Origin: Candidatus Altiarchaeota archaeon
Lineage (GTDB): Archaea; Altiarchaeota; Altiarchaeia; IMC4; SCGC-AAA252-I15
Reading direction: 5' to 3'
Length of the DNA stretch: 64,000 nucleotides
NCBI GenBank assembly: GCA_043813075.1
Contig: JBDRLL010000003.1
Location: 125,811-189,810, forward strand
Positions 34,855-44,794 of this stretch are shown one piece after another. Within the stretch, counting starts at the first letter, position 1. Every line of letters begins with the position of its first letter. The translations under genes were made by a program, and so were the position numbers. Below the pieces are notes generated by a model. It was not told the DNA's origin. It made no database searches and saw nothing but the letters and a program-made list of their open reading frames with translations.

Positions 34855-35652
34855 ATGGCGAATATAAAAATCCGTCTCAGTGACAACGCCAACAGGCCGA
34901 GAGAATCCTACGTCTCAGAATCCCAGTCCATGGACTCTGTGGAACACGGGGAGCCGATGAGGTACGGCCTGTTCAAGCGTCAGAGCGGGCTCATAGACAT
35001 AAACAGGCCAGGAACCATAGTCGCGAGCATAAGCCTGGGGCCTCACTGCGCGAATGACGGGAGCAGGGGGTTCGAGTTCGCGAAGGAATTGTTCCACAAG
35101 ATGATGGACGCTGACTTCATAGCTGAAAGCCCTTTCACAGTACGGCCAGGTAGAAGCCACAAAGACATATTCCCCGCGGGGGAGGAGTCACCCATTAGCC
35201 TGGCTGTGATAGGCGATGGGGGCTTCAAAGGATCGACTGCCATGGGAGACTCTGAATTCGGGCTGGCGTACATAATTGACCCGGCATATGTTGAGGGGAA
35301 CATAGATTCTTTCACGTTCACTGGAAGCGCGGCAGACTCTAGTTTCCCGCAAAAACACATACTAGACGTGTTGCACGGAACCCCCCAGGGGATGAGGATG
35401 CTGGAGGGAAGTGGGATTGTGCTGCCTGACTCCGCCATACTGGACAAAAAAGCAGTTTTAAGCGAAGCAGTAGTCGGAGTGGTAGCAGGCATCGAAAGCG
35501 GATGGTGGATGCCACAGGAGATGAAGAAGAGGCATGATGAAGGAAGGAAAACCCTGCCACTCTACTCCGTGAGGGGGGACATTCTCTGGCACCAGGATTT
35601 CCCGGAAGGCCTGAGCAATAGCAGAGTAATAGAGATGACTAGGAGATACTAG
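34855..35652 (+). CDS. Hypothetical protein (265 aa), no recognisable motif
   Basis: It is a clean ORF with an ATG start, wedged between folC and fhs. I could not assign a family. Confidence 0.5.
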   Translation: MANIKIRLSDNANRPRESYVSESQSMDSVEHGEPMRYGLFKRQSGLIDINRPGTIVASISLGPHCANDGSRGFEFAKELFHKMMDADFIAESPFTVRPGRSHKDIFPAGEESPISLAVIGDGGFKGSTAMGDSEFGLAYIIDPAYVEGNIDSFTFTGSAADSSFPQKHILDVLHGTPQGMRMLEGSGIVLPDSAILDKKAVLSEAVVGVVAGIESGWWMPQEMKKRHDEGRKTLPLYSVRGDILWHQDFPEGLSNSRVIEMTRRY

Positions 35653-37307
35653 AACAAGCCGGATACCTTACCTTCATCATCTATGTCAATCGCCTCGGCA
35701 GCGGGCTTCTTGGGCAAGCCAGGCATTGCGATGATTTTCCCTGCCATAGCCACTAGGAATCCAGCGCCCGCTGACGCAGTAACCTTCTTGACTGTTATCT
35801 TAAAACCCTTGGGCCTTCCCAGAAGGCTGCCGTCATCTGAAAACGACTTCTGAGTCTTGCTCATGCATATCGGGAAGTTCCTGAAGCCAAGTTCCTCAAG
35901 ATGCTTTATGTCATGCTCCGCGGACTCTGTGTAGTCCACTCCATCAGCGCCATACATTTCAACGCAAATCCGTCCTATCTTCTCCTTGACGGTCGAATCG
36001 TCGCCATATAGGAACTTGAAACTGCCTTCAGACTCCAGAGCCCCCACAACCTTCTCAGCCAGCTCTATCCCTCCATCACCACCGCGGGTGTGGACGTCAG
36101 ACAATGCGACAGGAACCCCAAGCTCACCGCACTTCTCCAAGACAAAACCGACCTCGTCTTCAGAATCAGACTTGAAACGATTCAATGCCACGACAAATGG
36201 GACGCCATACTTGCCGACATTCTCTATGTGCTTCTCCAGGTTAGGCCAACCGCGCTCTACTGCTTTAACGTCCGGCTTGTCGTATTCCGTGACGCCGCCG
36301 TGATGCTTCAAAGCACGCACTGTCGCGACTAGGACTATTGCACTGGGCTTCAGGCCAGACGACCTGCAGAATATGTTGAAGAACTTCTCAGCCCCAAGGT
36401 CCGAACCGAATCCCGCCTCAGTCACGACTATGTCGGCCAGCTTTAAAGCTATCTTAGCGGAGACGACGCTGCTGCAGCCGTGCGCTATGTTGGCGAACGG
36501 TCCGCCGTGTATGAACGCTGGAACCCCCTCTAGGGTCTGGACCAGGTTGGGGTTGAACGCGTGCTTCAATAGCGCAGCCATCGCACCCTCAACCTTCAAC
36601 TGTTTTACGGTGATGGGCTTCCCGAAGATGGTGTATGCCACAATAATCCTGCCTAAACGCTCCTTAAGATCGTGGTAGCTTTCAGCCAGGCATAGTATGG
36701 CCATGACTTCACTACTTGCTGATATGTCAAAGCCGTCTTCCCGAGCGATAGCGGTGGTGTCGCCTATGCCTATGAATATCCGGCGCAGCGCCCTGTCATT
36801 CATGTCAACCACCCTCCGCCACAACACCATGTTGGGGTTTATCGCCAACTCGTTGCCGTGGTATATGTGATTGTCCAATACCGCGGAAAGCATGTTGTGG
36901 GCTGCGCTCACTGCGGGAATGTCCCCAGTGAAGTGGAGGTTTATGTCTTCCATAGGCAACACTTGACTGTATCCGCCGCCCGTAGCCCCTCCCTTAACCC
37001 CCATGCAAGGGCCCAACGAAGGTTCTCGTATGCAAAGCGTAGCCTTCCTGCCAATCTTGTTCAAAGCCTGTGTCAGGCCGATTGTCGTGGTGGACTTCCC
37101 CTCGCCAGCGCGAGTCGGGGTCATTGACGTGACCAAGACTAGTTTACCGTCAGGATTGTCATTCAGCTTACCGAGTATCTTGACGCTCACCTTGGCCTTA
37201 TACCTGCCGTAATGCATTATGTCTTTATCTGACAGACCCAGCTTTGACGCTATCTCGTCTATGGGCTTGAGCTTCACGCCACCTGCTATTGATATGTCAG
37301 ACTCCAT
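35649..37307 (-). CDS. fhs: Formate-tetrahydrofolate ligase
   Basis: PTRAGEGKSTTTIGL and full-length similarity to FTHFS. Confidence 0.95.
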   Translation of the reverse strand: MESDISIAGGVKLKPIDEIASKLGLSDKDIMHYGRYKAKVSVKILGKLNDNPDGKLVLVTSMTPTRAGEGKSTTTIGLTQALNKIGRKATLCIREPSLGPCMGVKGGATGGGYSQVLPMEDINLHFTGDIPAVSAAHNMLSAVLDNHIYHGNELAINPNMVLWRRVVDMNDRALRRIFIGIGDTTAIAREDGFDISASSEVMAILCLAESYHDLKERLGRIIVAYTIFGKPITVKQLKVEGAMAALLKHAFNPNLVQTLEGVPAFIHGGPFANIAHGCSSVVSAKIALKLADIVVTEAGFGSDLGAEKFFNIFCRSSGLKPSAIVLVATVRALKHHGGVTEYDKPDVKAVERGWPNLEKHIENVGKYGVPFVVALNRFKSDSEDEVGFVLEKCGELGVPVALSDVHTRGGDGGIELAEKVVGALESEGSFKFLYGDDSTVKEKIGRICVEMYGADGVDYTESAEHDIKHLEELGFRNFPICMSKTQKSFSDDGSLLGRPKGFKITVKKVTASAGAGFLVAMAGKIIAMPGLPKKPAAEAIDIDDEGKVSGLF

Positions 37308-37372
37308 TCCACCACCAGGTATAAAGATTGAGTAGGGGATTAATAAAAACCCGGGAGAATGAATAAGTAGGG

Positions 37373-38224
37373 ATGAAGATACGCTTAGACGTTAAAACAG
37401 AATACGGTACTCTCCGGGATGCGATAATTGGGCTGCCTAACACATTCAACCAGACTGGAAGGCTAACGCCGATAAACGACACCGAAGAGTATTATTTTAA
37501 CGGGAGGGAAGCGCCTAAAAGGGGTCTGCTGACTGATGAAGTGCATGCGCTGGCTAGGGTGCTGAGGGAACACGGGGTAAAAGTCCACTACCCGAAACCC
37601 CTTAGGGGGACTATAGACCAGCTGACGCCAAGAGACCTGGGCTTTGTGATAGGAGACACATTTGTGATATCCCACATGGCATACAGGATAAGGGAGAGGG
37701 AGGAGAAGGGCATACTAAAGTACGTGAAGCACTTTGACGGGAGGGTTATTAAGGCCCCTAGCAACGCCGTAATCGAAGGGGGGGACATACTGGTGGATGG
37801 ACATGACATATATGTGGGCGTCGGACAGAGGACTAACAAGGCGGGATACGAGTTCATTAAGAGCAGATTCGGGGGGGAGTATAAGGTATGGCAGGCCAGA
37901 CATAATGCACTGCACTTGGACTGCGTGTTCAACATACTCGGAGGGGGCAGAGCACTCGTCTATTCCGGAGGATTCAAAAACAAGCCAGGTAAGATGCTTG
38001 AGAGATTCAGGAAGATAAGGGTGGGTGGAGAAGAGGCCGCTATGCTTGCCACAAACACGCTCTCAATCTCGGAGGACACTGTGATATCGCGCAAGACGTG
38101 CGTTAGCACCAACAGTAAGCTGAGGAGTAGGGGTTATGATGTCATTGAACTGGAATTCAATGAAGTCAATAAGACTGGAGGCTCGTTCAGGTGCTGCACA
38201 CTACCGCTCTCCCGCGGGATTTAA
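37373..38224 (+). CDS. Guanidino-group-modifying enzyme superfamily (amidinotransferase / DDAH / arginine deiminase-like)
   Basis: GGDILVDGHDIYVGVGQRTN, HLDCVFN, and a C-terminal catalytic-Cys context GGSFRCCTLPL. Confidence 0.7.
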   Translation: MKIRLDVKTEYGTLRDAIIGLPNTFNQTGRLTPINDTEEYYFNGREAPKRGLLTDEVHALARVLREHGVKVHYPKPLRGTIDQLTPRDLGFVIGDTFVISHMAYRIREREEKGILKYVKHFDGRVIKAPSNAVIEGGDILVDGHDIYVGVGQRTNKAGYEFIKSRFGGEYKVWQARHNALHLDCVFNILGGGRALVYSGGFKNKPGKMLERFRKIRVGGEEAAMLATNTLSISEDTVISRKTCVSTNSKLRSRGYDVIELEFNEVNKTGGSFRCCTLPLSRGI

Positions 38225-38247
38225 CGAGCTAAATTCATTATCATAAT

Positions 38248-39615
38248 ATGGACTACACTGCCCTGGAGATGAACGCCGGATGGTGGGGCGTCTCCACAGA
38301 AGAGCTTATGGAGAACGCTGGACGAGCAGTAGCAGGAGAATGCAGCGGATTCATGAGGATAGCCGTGTTCTGCGGTCCAGGCAACAACGGGGGTGACGGA
38401 CTAGTAGCGGCAAGACTGCTGAGCGAGAAGGGTGTTAGAGTAGTAGTCTATTACGTTGAGGGTAGGAAGACTGTGTTGAACGAGAAGAACCTTGACAGGA
38501 TTCCTAAGGAAGTTGAAGTGATAAGAATACGGTCTGGTGAGGATATCGGAGAGTTAAAGGGATTTGACTTGATAATAGACGCACTAACAGGCACAGGATT
38601 CAAAGGCGAACTACGGGAGCCAATGAGGGGGATAATAGAGAGGATAAATGAGGAGGATGTGGAAAAACTCTCTGTGGACGCTCCGAGCGCCGGGAAAGTC
38701 GAGGCAGATGCGGTAGTATCATTCCATGAGGCTAAGGTGCCGGGCGCAGTTGTCGTGGACATAGGAGTGCCTGAAAACGCGCGGCTATATTGCGGTCCTG
38801 GAGATGTCTACCTTGCACTGCCAGAGAGGAGGGAGGTATCACATAAAGGAGACTACGGCAGGCTCATAGTCTTGGGTGGCAGCAGGGACTACGTTGGCGC
38901 GCCCACACTGGTGGCGCAATCCGCCTTCAAGACAGGAGTTGACTTGGTTACCGTGTGCGTGCCCCAGTATGTCGCAGACAAGATGCCTTTCGACCCAAAC
39001 CTCATAGTGAAACCGCTCGAGTCTACTGATTACATCATGGAGGGGGATGTTGAAGACGTTCTTGGGCTGAAGTATGACGCCATCGTGGTCGGCAACGGGA
39101 TGTCAAGGGAGAAACCCTCCGTCAGGGCGTTGGAGAAGCTGCTGGAGTCGGTTGAAAAACCAGTAGTAGTTGATGCTGACGCGATAAGCGTGATGAAGAG
39201 GGGATGGGTCAGGGGGAACATGATTCTAACACCACACGCAAAGGAATTCGAGAGGTTGTTTGGGGAGTACGATGAGGAGAAGAGGGTTGAGTTGGTGGTT
39301 AAACACGCGGAGGAGACGGGGGCTGTGATAGTCCAAAAAGGGGCTGTGGACGTGATAAGCAATGGTAGAGAACTGAGGCTCAACAACACCGGCAACCCTA
39401 AGATGACTGTAGGCGGCACTGGAGACGTGCTTGCGGGGGTTATAGGAGGCCTATTAGCCCAAAACAAGGACGCTATGACATCATCCTGCGCGGGGGCCTT
39501 CATAACAGGGCTCGCCGGAGACATAGCGTTCGAGAGGCTGGGCGTGTCGATGACTGCGACAGACGTGATAGAGGAGATACATGAGGCCATAAAACATTCA
39601 ATGGGATTCAGATGA
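38248..39615 (+). CDS. nnr: Bifunctional NAD(P)H-hydrate repair enzyme (epimerase + ADP-dependent dehydratase)
   Basis: GPGNNGGDGLVAAR (YjeF-N). GGSRDYVGAPTLVAQSAFKTGVDLV and GTGDVLAG (YjeF-C). Confidence 0.9.
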   Translation: MDYTALEMNAGWWGVSTEELMENAGRAVAGECSGFMRIAVFCGPGNNGGDGLVAARLLSEKGVRVVVYYVEGRKTVLNEKNLDRIPKEVEVIRIRSGEDIGELKGFDLIIDALTGTGFKGELREPMRGIIERINEEDVEKLSVDAPSAGKVEADAVVSFHEAKVPGAVVVDIGVPENARLYCGPGDVYLALPERREVSHKGDYGRLIVLGGSRDYVGAPTLVAQSAFKTGVDLVTVCVPQYVADKMPFDPNLIVKPLESTDYIMEGDVEDVLGLKYDAIVVGNGMSREKPSVRALEKLLESVEKPVVVDADAISVMKRGWVRGNMILTPHAKEFERLFGEYDEEKRVELVVKHAEETGAVIVQKGAVDVISNGRELRLNNTGNPKMTVGGTGDVLAGVIGGLLAQNKDAMTSSCAGAFITGLAGDIAFERLGVSMTATDVIEEIHEAIKHSMGFR

Positions 39616-40028
39616 TAGGATTGATTTCAAACATACGGGAGTTGAACGAACACGCAAAGAAATCAGGGAAACAGTACAAGCAAGCGATAATAGAGTACTA
39701 TAGGACAATCGGCGAAAGCCAGGGATTCACTACCGCAGAAAACTCCAGCGTGATAAACAACACCGTGAACTACGGGAACATAGACTTAGTGTGGATAGAG
39801 CCTAACATAGTCTTTTGCATAGAGTTCGGACTGCTGGATGACATATACAAGCATTTTTTCAGGCTCATACAATTGAGGCCGAGCCTCAGCGTGCTCATCC
39901 TATCATCGAACTCCAAATGCAGGCCAGACAAGGTTGAGGAGATAATCAAGAAAACGCCGGAATTGAAGTTCCTAAGGGATAAGACTGTGATAGTTGATGT
40001 CAACGAATGCAGTGTGACAAAAACATGA
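39612..40028 (+). CDS. Hypothetical 138-aa protein translationally coupled to nnr
   Basis: ATGA overlap with the nnr stop. The segment NIDLVWIEPNIVFCIEFG is faintly PD-(D/E)xK-like, but no Lys completes the motif. Confidence 0.45.
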   Translation: MIGLISNIRELNEHAKKSGKQYKQAIIEYYRTIGESQGFTTAENSSVINNTVNYGNIDLVWIEPNIVFCIEFGLLDDIYKHFFRLIQLRPSLSVLILSSNSKCRPDKVEEIIKKTPELKFLRDKTVIVDVNECSVTKT

Positions 40029-40583
40029 TCACTTTGAGGATATCTCGTATATCTCCACACGCGTTATCGGCATTATGGACTTGCATCTCTTGTATACTTC
40101 AGTGCCCATCTTGCCGAAGAGTGTCAGCTGGACGGCGTGATCGAGCTTGTCTGACTGATGAGCCTCCAGGACGCCGTCTATCTCACGGTATAAAGCAGTC
40201 TTCTGGTCGTCGCTTATACCACTCCGCGTTAGTATCATCAGCTTGAACCTCGCCTTACCCTCCTTGAACTTGAGTTCCTTTATATAGTCAAGCTTGGACG
40301 TGCCCTTACGGACCTTAGACCTTAGGTATCCGGTTGGTATGAAGAACTTCTTGAACTTGGTTAAAACCGTGTCCCCCTTGACCTCGCTTATCTGGAAAAC
40401 CAGCTTCAGATACTGCTTACCCCTGTCGCCCACAATACTGCCAAGGGAAGTGTCCACAGTACGGCCGATCATGCTCTCAGGCTTAGACGATATCGTCTCA
40501 CCCAACTCCTTACCCTCGAAATTATCTGGAGCCAGTATTGTGTACCTCTTCTTGCTCTTCCATGATGAAACAGTCTTAGCCAT
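40029..40583 (-). CDS. rps3ae: Ribosomal protein eS1 (S3Ae)
   Basis: MAKTVSSWKSKKRYTILAPDNFEGKELGETI... is typical of S3Ae. Confidence 0.9.
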   Translation of the reverse strand: MAKTVSSWKSKKRYTILAPDNFEGKELGETISSKPESMIGRTVDTSLGSIVGDRGKQYLKLVFQISEVKGDTVLTKFKKFFIPTGYLRSKVRKGTSKLDYIKELKFKEGKARFKLMILTRSGISDDQKTALYREIDGVLEAHQSDKLDHAVQLTLFGKMGTEVYKRCKSIMPITRVEIYEISSK

Positions 40584-40584
40584 T

Positions 40585-40803
40585 TTACATTAACTCTTCC
40601 GATGCCATCTGGCACCTTAACAAATCATCGAGTGTGCCAAGGAGCGTCTCGACACTAGCGCACTGTATTCTCGTCTCAACAAGGCTTCCGCAGGCAGACG
40701 AGCTCACCAGTAGGCCGTCCATAGGCACGTTATCCACTTTGACTGCGTCAGCCACAGCACCAGCGTCCTTCGACTCCGTCGACAAAACTGCGTTAATCCT
40801 CAA
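40585..40803 (-). CDS. pcc1: KEOPS subunit Pcc1-like protein
   Basis: It is 72 aa, with ...AGAVADAVKVDNVP... and ...ETLLGTLDDLLRCQMASEEL resembling Pcc1. It sits between rps15 and rps3ae. TTG is the only available start. Confidence 0.5.
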   Translation of the reverse strand: MRINAVLSTESKDAGAVADAVKVDNVPMDGLLVSSSACGSLVETRIQCASVETLLGTLDDLLRCQMASEELM

Positions 40804-40806
40804 CTC

Positions 40807-41259
40807 CTACACCCATAGCTTAGCTTTCTCAGGATCGTACCGCCAATCCTTAGGCAGGACGCCCTCCTTAAGGTAATACTTTGAGAGTCTCCGTATCTTA
40901 GACTCGATGAGATAAAGACCCCGCTTGTTGTGAAGGTCCTTACCATGCTTTTCAATGTGATCACGAACCTTCAACGCCCTCTTTATAAGATTCCTCAAGT
41001 CCTCAGGAAGATCATGGCACAAACCATTATCCTTAAGTATCTTGGTCAGCTTCACCCCAGTTAATAGTTGAACGTCTGGTATCCCGTACTGGTCTCGGAG
41101 AATCAATCCTATCTCGCTCGGAGTCTTATCGTCCTTAGCCAGCTTGACTATTATCTCCTTAACCTCCTCGCTACTGTATGAAACCCACTCTGGAGGCTTA
41201 TCCCTATTCGGGTTGCTGGAACCTGACTTGCCCTTCTTTCGAGCATGTATTCGAGCCAT
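40807..41259 (-). CDS. rps15: Ribosomal protein uS15 (S13e)
   Basis: [17 protein letters not shown]...[12 protein letters not shown]...[11 protein letters not shown]. It is trimmed to the ATG at 41259. Confidence 0.9.
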   Translation of the reverse strand: MARIHARKKGKSGSSNPNRDKPPEWVSYSSEEVKEIIVKLAKDDKTPSEIGLILRDQYGIPDVQLLTGVKLTKILKDNGLCHDLPEDLRNLIKRALKVRDHIEKHGKDLHNKRGLYLIESKIRRLSKYYLKEGVLPKDWRYDPEKAKLWV

Positions 41260-41368
41260 TCTAGTTGAAAATAGTCTTAAAACCCGGTATGGGCCAGAAA
41301 TAATCCAACCCATCCAGAATAAAAGCGTAGGATAATATAAGGAATACCTTATATAAATACGCTTGTTT

Positions 41369-42775
41369 CTAGGATACCTGCCCTCCAAAGGCCTTATTGA
41401 CGGAATCCAGGAATTCAACCAGCTTTTCCCCAGGTATACGGGCCCCTGCGGCTATGTCGTGACCCCCTCCTTCACCGTCAAACTCCTTGCTACAGTCCCG
41501 CATGGCCTTCCCCAAGTGTATGCCCCTGCGCACAAGCCCCCAGTTCGCCCTGGCAGACACCTTCAGCCTGGTGCCGTCATCACGGTCCACGGCAAAGCCG
41601 AGTATGGGCTTGTCCGCGGTCATCCCAGAGACCCCTGCCCCGTACGCCATGCCGGCAACAACCCCGACCAGGCTCTCCTTTATGGCGTCCCCAGCATTGA
41701 AGTAGTAGAGATTATCCAGCTCAGTGACGCCATTATCCTTCAGGAACTCGATGCCCTTCCGCAGCATTGAACGATGCTTCTCAAGCATACCCTGCGCCTT
41801 CGACCATTTGACGCCCCTATCGCCCAAGCAGACTTCAACGCCAAGCTCCGGCTGCTCCTGCCTCCCGCAAGCATTCAAGACGGTAGCGAACTCCTTAGCG
41901 TCCCTGAGCTCGCTCTTGAACTCCTCCTTCACAAGAGTATACACTTCCCCCACCATGCCCTGTATTATGAACTCTGGCGTGTTTGACTCCAGCAGATGTA
42001 TGTAGAGCGACTCCAGCAGCTTCTCACGCTCTTCAGGGCCGAGCTCCACATAACTCCTCCAGGAGCCGTCCGGATTCTTGACTTCAATCCCCTTAGACTG
42101 TAGGAACTGGGCGGATGCTTGAGGATTACCAGACAAACCTGGGAGAACAGGCTCTGAAGAATAGGCCAGCATCTGGGCTATAGTCCTGCTCTGACGCCCG
42201 AATAGGCGGATGTCATGCTCCACGTGAAGCAGTCCCTGACCCACCGCGTCATCGAGTATCAGACGGTTCAGTGAGAAAAGCCGTCCACGACTATCCTGCA
42301 TGTCGCCGACAGCCCCGACAACCGCGATGTGCGCGGTATCAGTCTTTCCTAGCGCGCGAGACACAAGATAGGCCATTCCAGCACCGCTGACGTCTATACC
42401 GCCGTCATATCCATAGAAGTGGGGGTTAATCTGACGTTCATCCTCCCTCTCAGGCGGATGATGGTCTATTATGTAACAGTCTTCTATACCATGCTCTTCA
42501 ATCAGGGAAAGGTGGCCGCTGCCGAAGTCCGTGAATACGATGCACTTCTCCTTATGAGGCTCTATGTGCTTTACGGTAGTGCTGTCCAACTGTTTGATGC
42601 ACTTGAACGCCACGTCCTTACCAAGTGACCGGAGAAGGCTGACTGTTATCGCGCATGAGCTTATGCCGTCCGCGTCATGGTGCCCTACCACAAAATAATC
42701 GTCTTGCGCCACGACCCTCTTTGAGAATTCCTGTATATCCCCCCAGAATTCATCGCTCATTGGTTTGTCTTCCAT
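41369..42775 (-). CDS. DHH/DHHA1 phosphoesterase, archaeal RecJ/GAN (Cdc45-like) family
   Basis: [24 protein letters not shown] and [10 protein letters not shown]. It is adjacent to rps15, as in many archaea. Confidence 0.85.
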   Translation of the reverse strand: MEDKPMSDEFWGDIQEFSKRVVAQDDYFVVGHHDADGISSCAITVSLLRSLGKDVAFKCIKQLDSTTVKHIEPHKEKCIVFTDFGSGHLSLIEEHGIEDCYIIDHHPPEREDERQINPHFYGYDGGIDVSGAGMAYLVSRALGKTDTAHIAVVGAVGDMQDSRGRLFSLNRLILDDAVGQGLLHVEHDIRLFGRQSRTIAQMLAYSSEPVLPGLSGNPQASAQFLQSKGIEVKNPDGSWRSYVELGPEEREKLLESLYIHLLESNTPEFIIQGMVGEVYTLVKEEFKSELRDAKEFATVLNACGRQEQPELGVEVCLGDRGVKWSKAQGMLEKHRSMLRKGIEFLKDNGVTELDNLYYFNAGDAIKESLVGVVAGMAYGAGVSGMTADKPILGFAVDRDDGTRLKVSARANWGLVRRGIHLGKAMRDCSKEFDGEGGGHDIAAGARIPGEKLVEFLDSVNKAFGGQVS

Positions 42776-42849
42776 CTTATGAAGTGTTGAATATGGTATT
42801 GCGTAATAAAAAAAGAGTTTTAACCAGGTCCGCTAAATAGAGAATAAGT

Positions 42850-43581
42850 ATGGACTTCAGGATAATACCGGCAATAGACATAATGGGCAAACGGTGCGTG
42901 CAGCTGGTCGGGGGAAGACCGGAGACTATGGTGGACTATGGAGACCCGGTTGAGAAAGGCAGGATATGGAAGAAGCTTGGGGCGGAGATGCTGCATGTTA
43001 TAGACTTGGATGCCGCGTTAGGAAGGGGGGAGAACATGAAGACCATACTTAACGTTAAGAAGGCTACTGGACTCCCCATTGAAGTGGGAGGGGGCATAAG
43101 AAGCGTTGAACGGGCGGAACAGATGCTTGATGAACTAGGGCCTGAAGACAGGGTGATACTCGGCACGCTCGCGTTGAACGACTATACGAGCGGCTTCAGC
43201 ATTCTAAGGCATTTGAGCGAGAGGTACGGTGAAGACAAGGTTATAGTCGCTGTTGACAGCAAGGATGGTTTTGTCTCAACAAAAGGATGGACAGAGAAAT
43301 CCATGTTCAAAGCCACTGACCTCATGAAGTCTTGTGAGGAATACGCATGGGGGTTCCTGTACACCAACGTTGACGTTGAAGGTAGGATGGGGGGGATTAA
43401 TGTGGATGCCATCAAGGAAGTTCTGAATGCGACAGACAAGCCGGTCATCATATCTGGGGGTGTCTCGGGAGAAACAGACATAGAAGTTGTTAGGGGTCTC
43501 GGAGCATGGGGCGTAGTCCTTGGGAAAGCACTGTATGAGGGTAAGATAAGCCTTAAAGACATCAGACAAGATGGAAATTAA
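42850..43581 (+). CDS. hisA: HisA-type (beta/alpha)8 ProFAR isomerase
   Basis: IIPAIDIMGKRCVQLVGG, VAVDSKDGFVSTKGW and ISGGVSG. Confidence 0.8.
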   Translation: MDFRIIPAIDIMGKRCVQLVGGRPETMVDYGDPVEKGRIWKKLGAEMLHVIDLDAALGRGENMKTILNVKKATGLPIEVGGGIRSVERAEQMLDELGPEDRVILGTLALNDYTSGFSILRHLSERYGEDKVIVAVDSKDGFVSTKGWTEKSMFKATDLMKSCEEYAWGFLYTNVDVEGRMGGINVDAIKEVLNATDKPVIISGGVSGETDIEVVRGLGAWGVVLGKALYEGKISLKDIRQDGN

Positions 43582-44794
43582 AGGGCATTTCATGATAGTA
43601 GCCTCAGTGCTGTATATTACGCTAATGCTGATAACGCCGCAGGGCAGCACGCACAAGCGGTCATCCAGCACAATCGGATTGCCGGATAACGTGTTCGGCG
43701 ACGGGATATACTACGTTCACCTGACGCGCGCGATAGCTGAAAAAGGACGTTTAAGCGTATACGAGAACGTCTCTGAAGTGGGTGGATGGTACGTCAACAC
43801 GGGCGGATACAGCATGGGACGGGACGGTAGGATATACATAGCCTTCTCGCCCGGATTCTCGCTTATCGCATTGCCATTCTACATAATCGGGGGGATGCCA
43901 GCGGCATACCTGATGAACGTGATAATCGGGCTTGCTACCATATACTTCATGTACAAGACATGCAGGCTCTTCGTGGATGAGGATACCGCGGCTAAGACCG
44001 CATTGATATTCGGCTTCTGCACCACAATATTCACATACTCTCAAGCATACTATCCAGACACGCTAAACAGCCTCCTCGTGATAGCATCCTTCTACCACCT
44101 GACCCTATGGTCCAAGAAAGGGGGGCAGCGAAACATAATCGCTTCAGGAGCGATAGCAGGACTCACACCCCTCGTAAGGCCGACGCTCCTCCTGGTCGCA
44201 TTAGCCTACTTCTCGGTATTGTGTGTTAGGGGGAGGCGTCTAGGGGCTGTAATGTTTGCCGCCTCCATGATTCCGGGATTGCTCTTGTTCATGGCATACA
44301 ATACTGTAGCATTCGGCAGCCCATTGTCGACGAGCTATTCAAGCCAGTTCGTGATAAACAATGGTGGGGGTGTGGAGTTCAAAGACCAGGTTGGGCTGTC
44401 AGCGTGGGGCAACAACTTGGTTAAGGCGTTCACCGTCAGGATGATACTGTTGTGCCTCACCCAGCCGGTGATATTAGCTTCTATCGTTGGACTGATACGT
44501 GAGAGGGATTCGCATGACATCAGGGTAATAGCGGCGACAAGCATGCTCATGCTACTGACATACAGCATGAGGGGCAACCCGCTGGGGATATGGTGTTGGA
44601 GCGACCGGCTTGCGACAGGCATAATCCCGTTGCTAAGTGTTCCGTTCGCGATTACCATGAGGAAAAAACAGGTGGCATGGGGATTGCTGATGGTATTAAC
44701 ATACGCTTCATTATACCTTACTATAATGAGCCTGGACACTGGAAGCTGGTACTTGTTCAGCCAGTTCCCACTGGTTGAATGGATCATGGAGTAG
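43571..44794 (+). CDS. GT-C fold membrane glycosyltransferase (ArnT/PMT-like)
   Basis: About 10-12 TM helices, a first-loop acidic motif FGDGIYY, and PGFSLIALPFY. The call is tentative. Confidence 0.5.
   Translation: MEIKGHFMIVASVLYITLMLITPQGSTHKRSSSTIGLPDNVFGDGIYYVHLTRAIAEKGRLSVYENVSEVGGWYVNTGGYSMGRDGRIYIAFSPGFSLIALPFYIIGGMPAAYLMNVIIGLATIYFMYKTCRLFVDEDTAAKTALIFGFCTTIFTYSQAYYPDTLNSLLVIASFYHLTLWSKKGGQRNIIASGAIAGLTPLVRPTLLLVALAYFSVLCVRGRRLGAVMFAASMIPGLLLFMAYNTVAFGSPLSTSYSSQFVINNGGGVEFKDQVGLSAWGNNLVKAFTVRMILLCLTQPVILASIVGLIRERDSHDIRVIAATSMLMLLTYSMRGNPLGIWCWSDRLATGIIPLLSVPFAITMRKKQVAWGLLMVLTYASLYLTIMSLDTGSWYLFSQFPLVEWIME

Noticed and set aside
41260-41418. N-terminal extensions offered by the ORF track for several genes: rps15 (41260-41418), the ArsR regulator (25470-25589), pyrH (49304-49396), the pheT fragment (57021-57080), the TPR protein (22032-22106) and eL33 (1147-1326).
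   Set aside because: In each case the canonical family N-terminus begins at an internal ATG. The extension either overlaps a neighbouring gene or promoter region or has an implausible composition.
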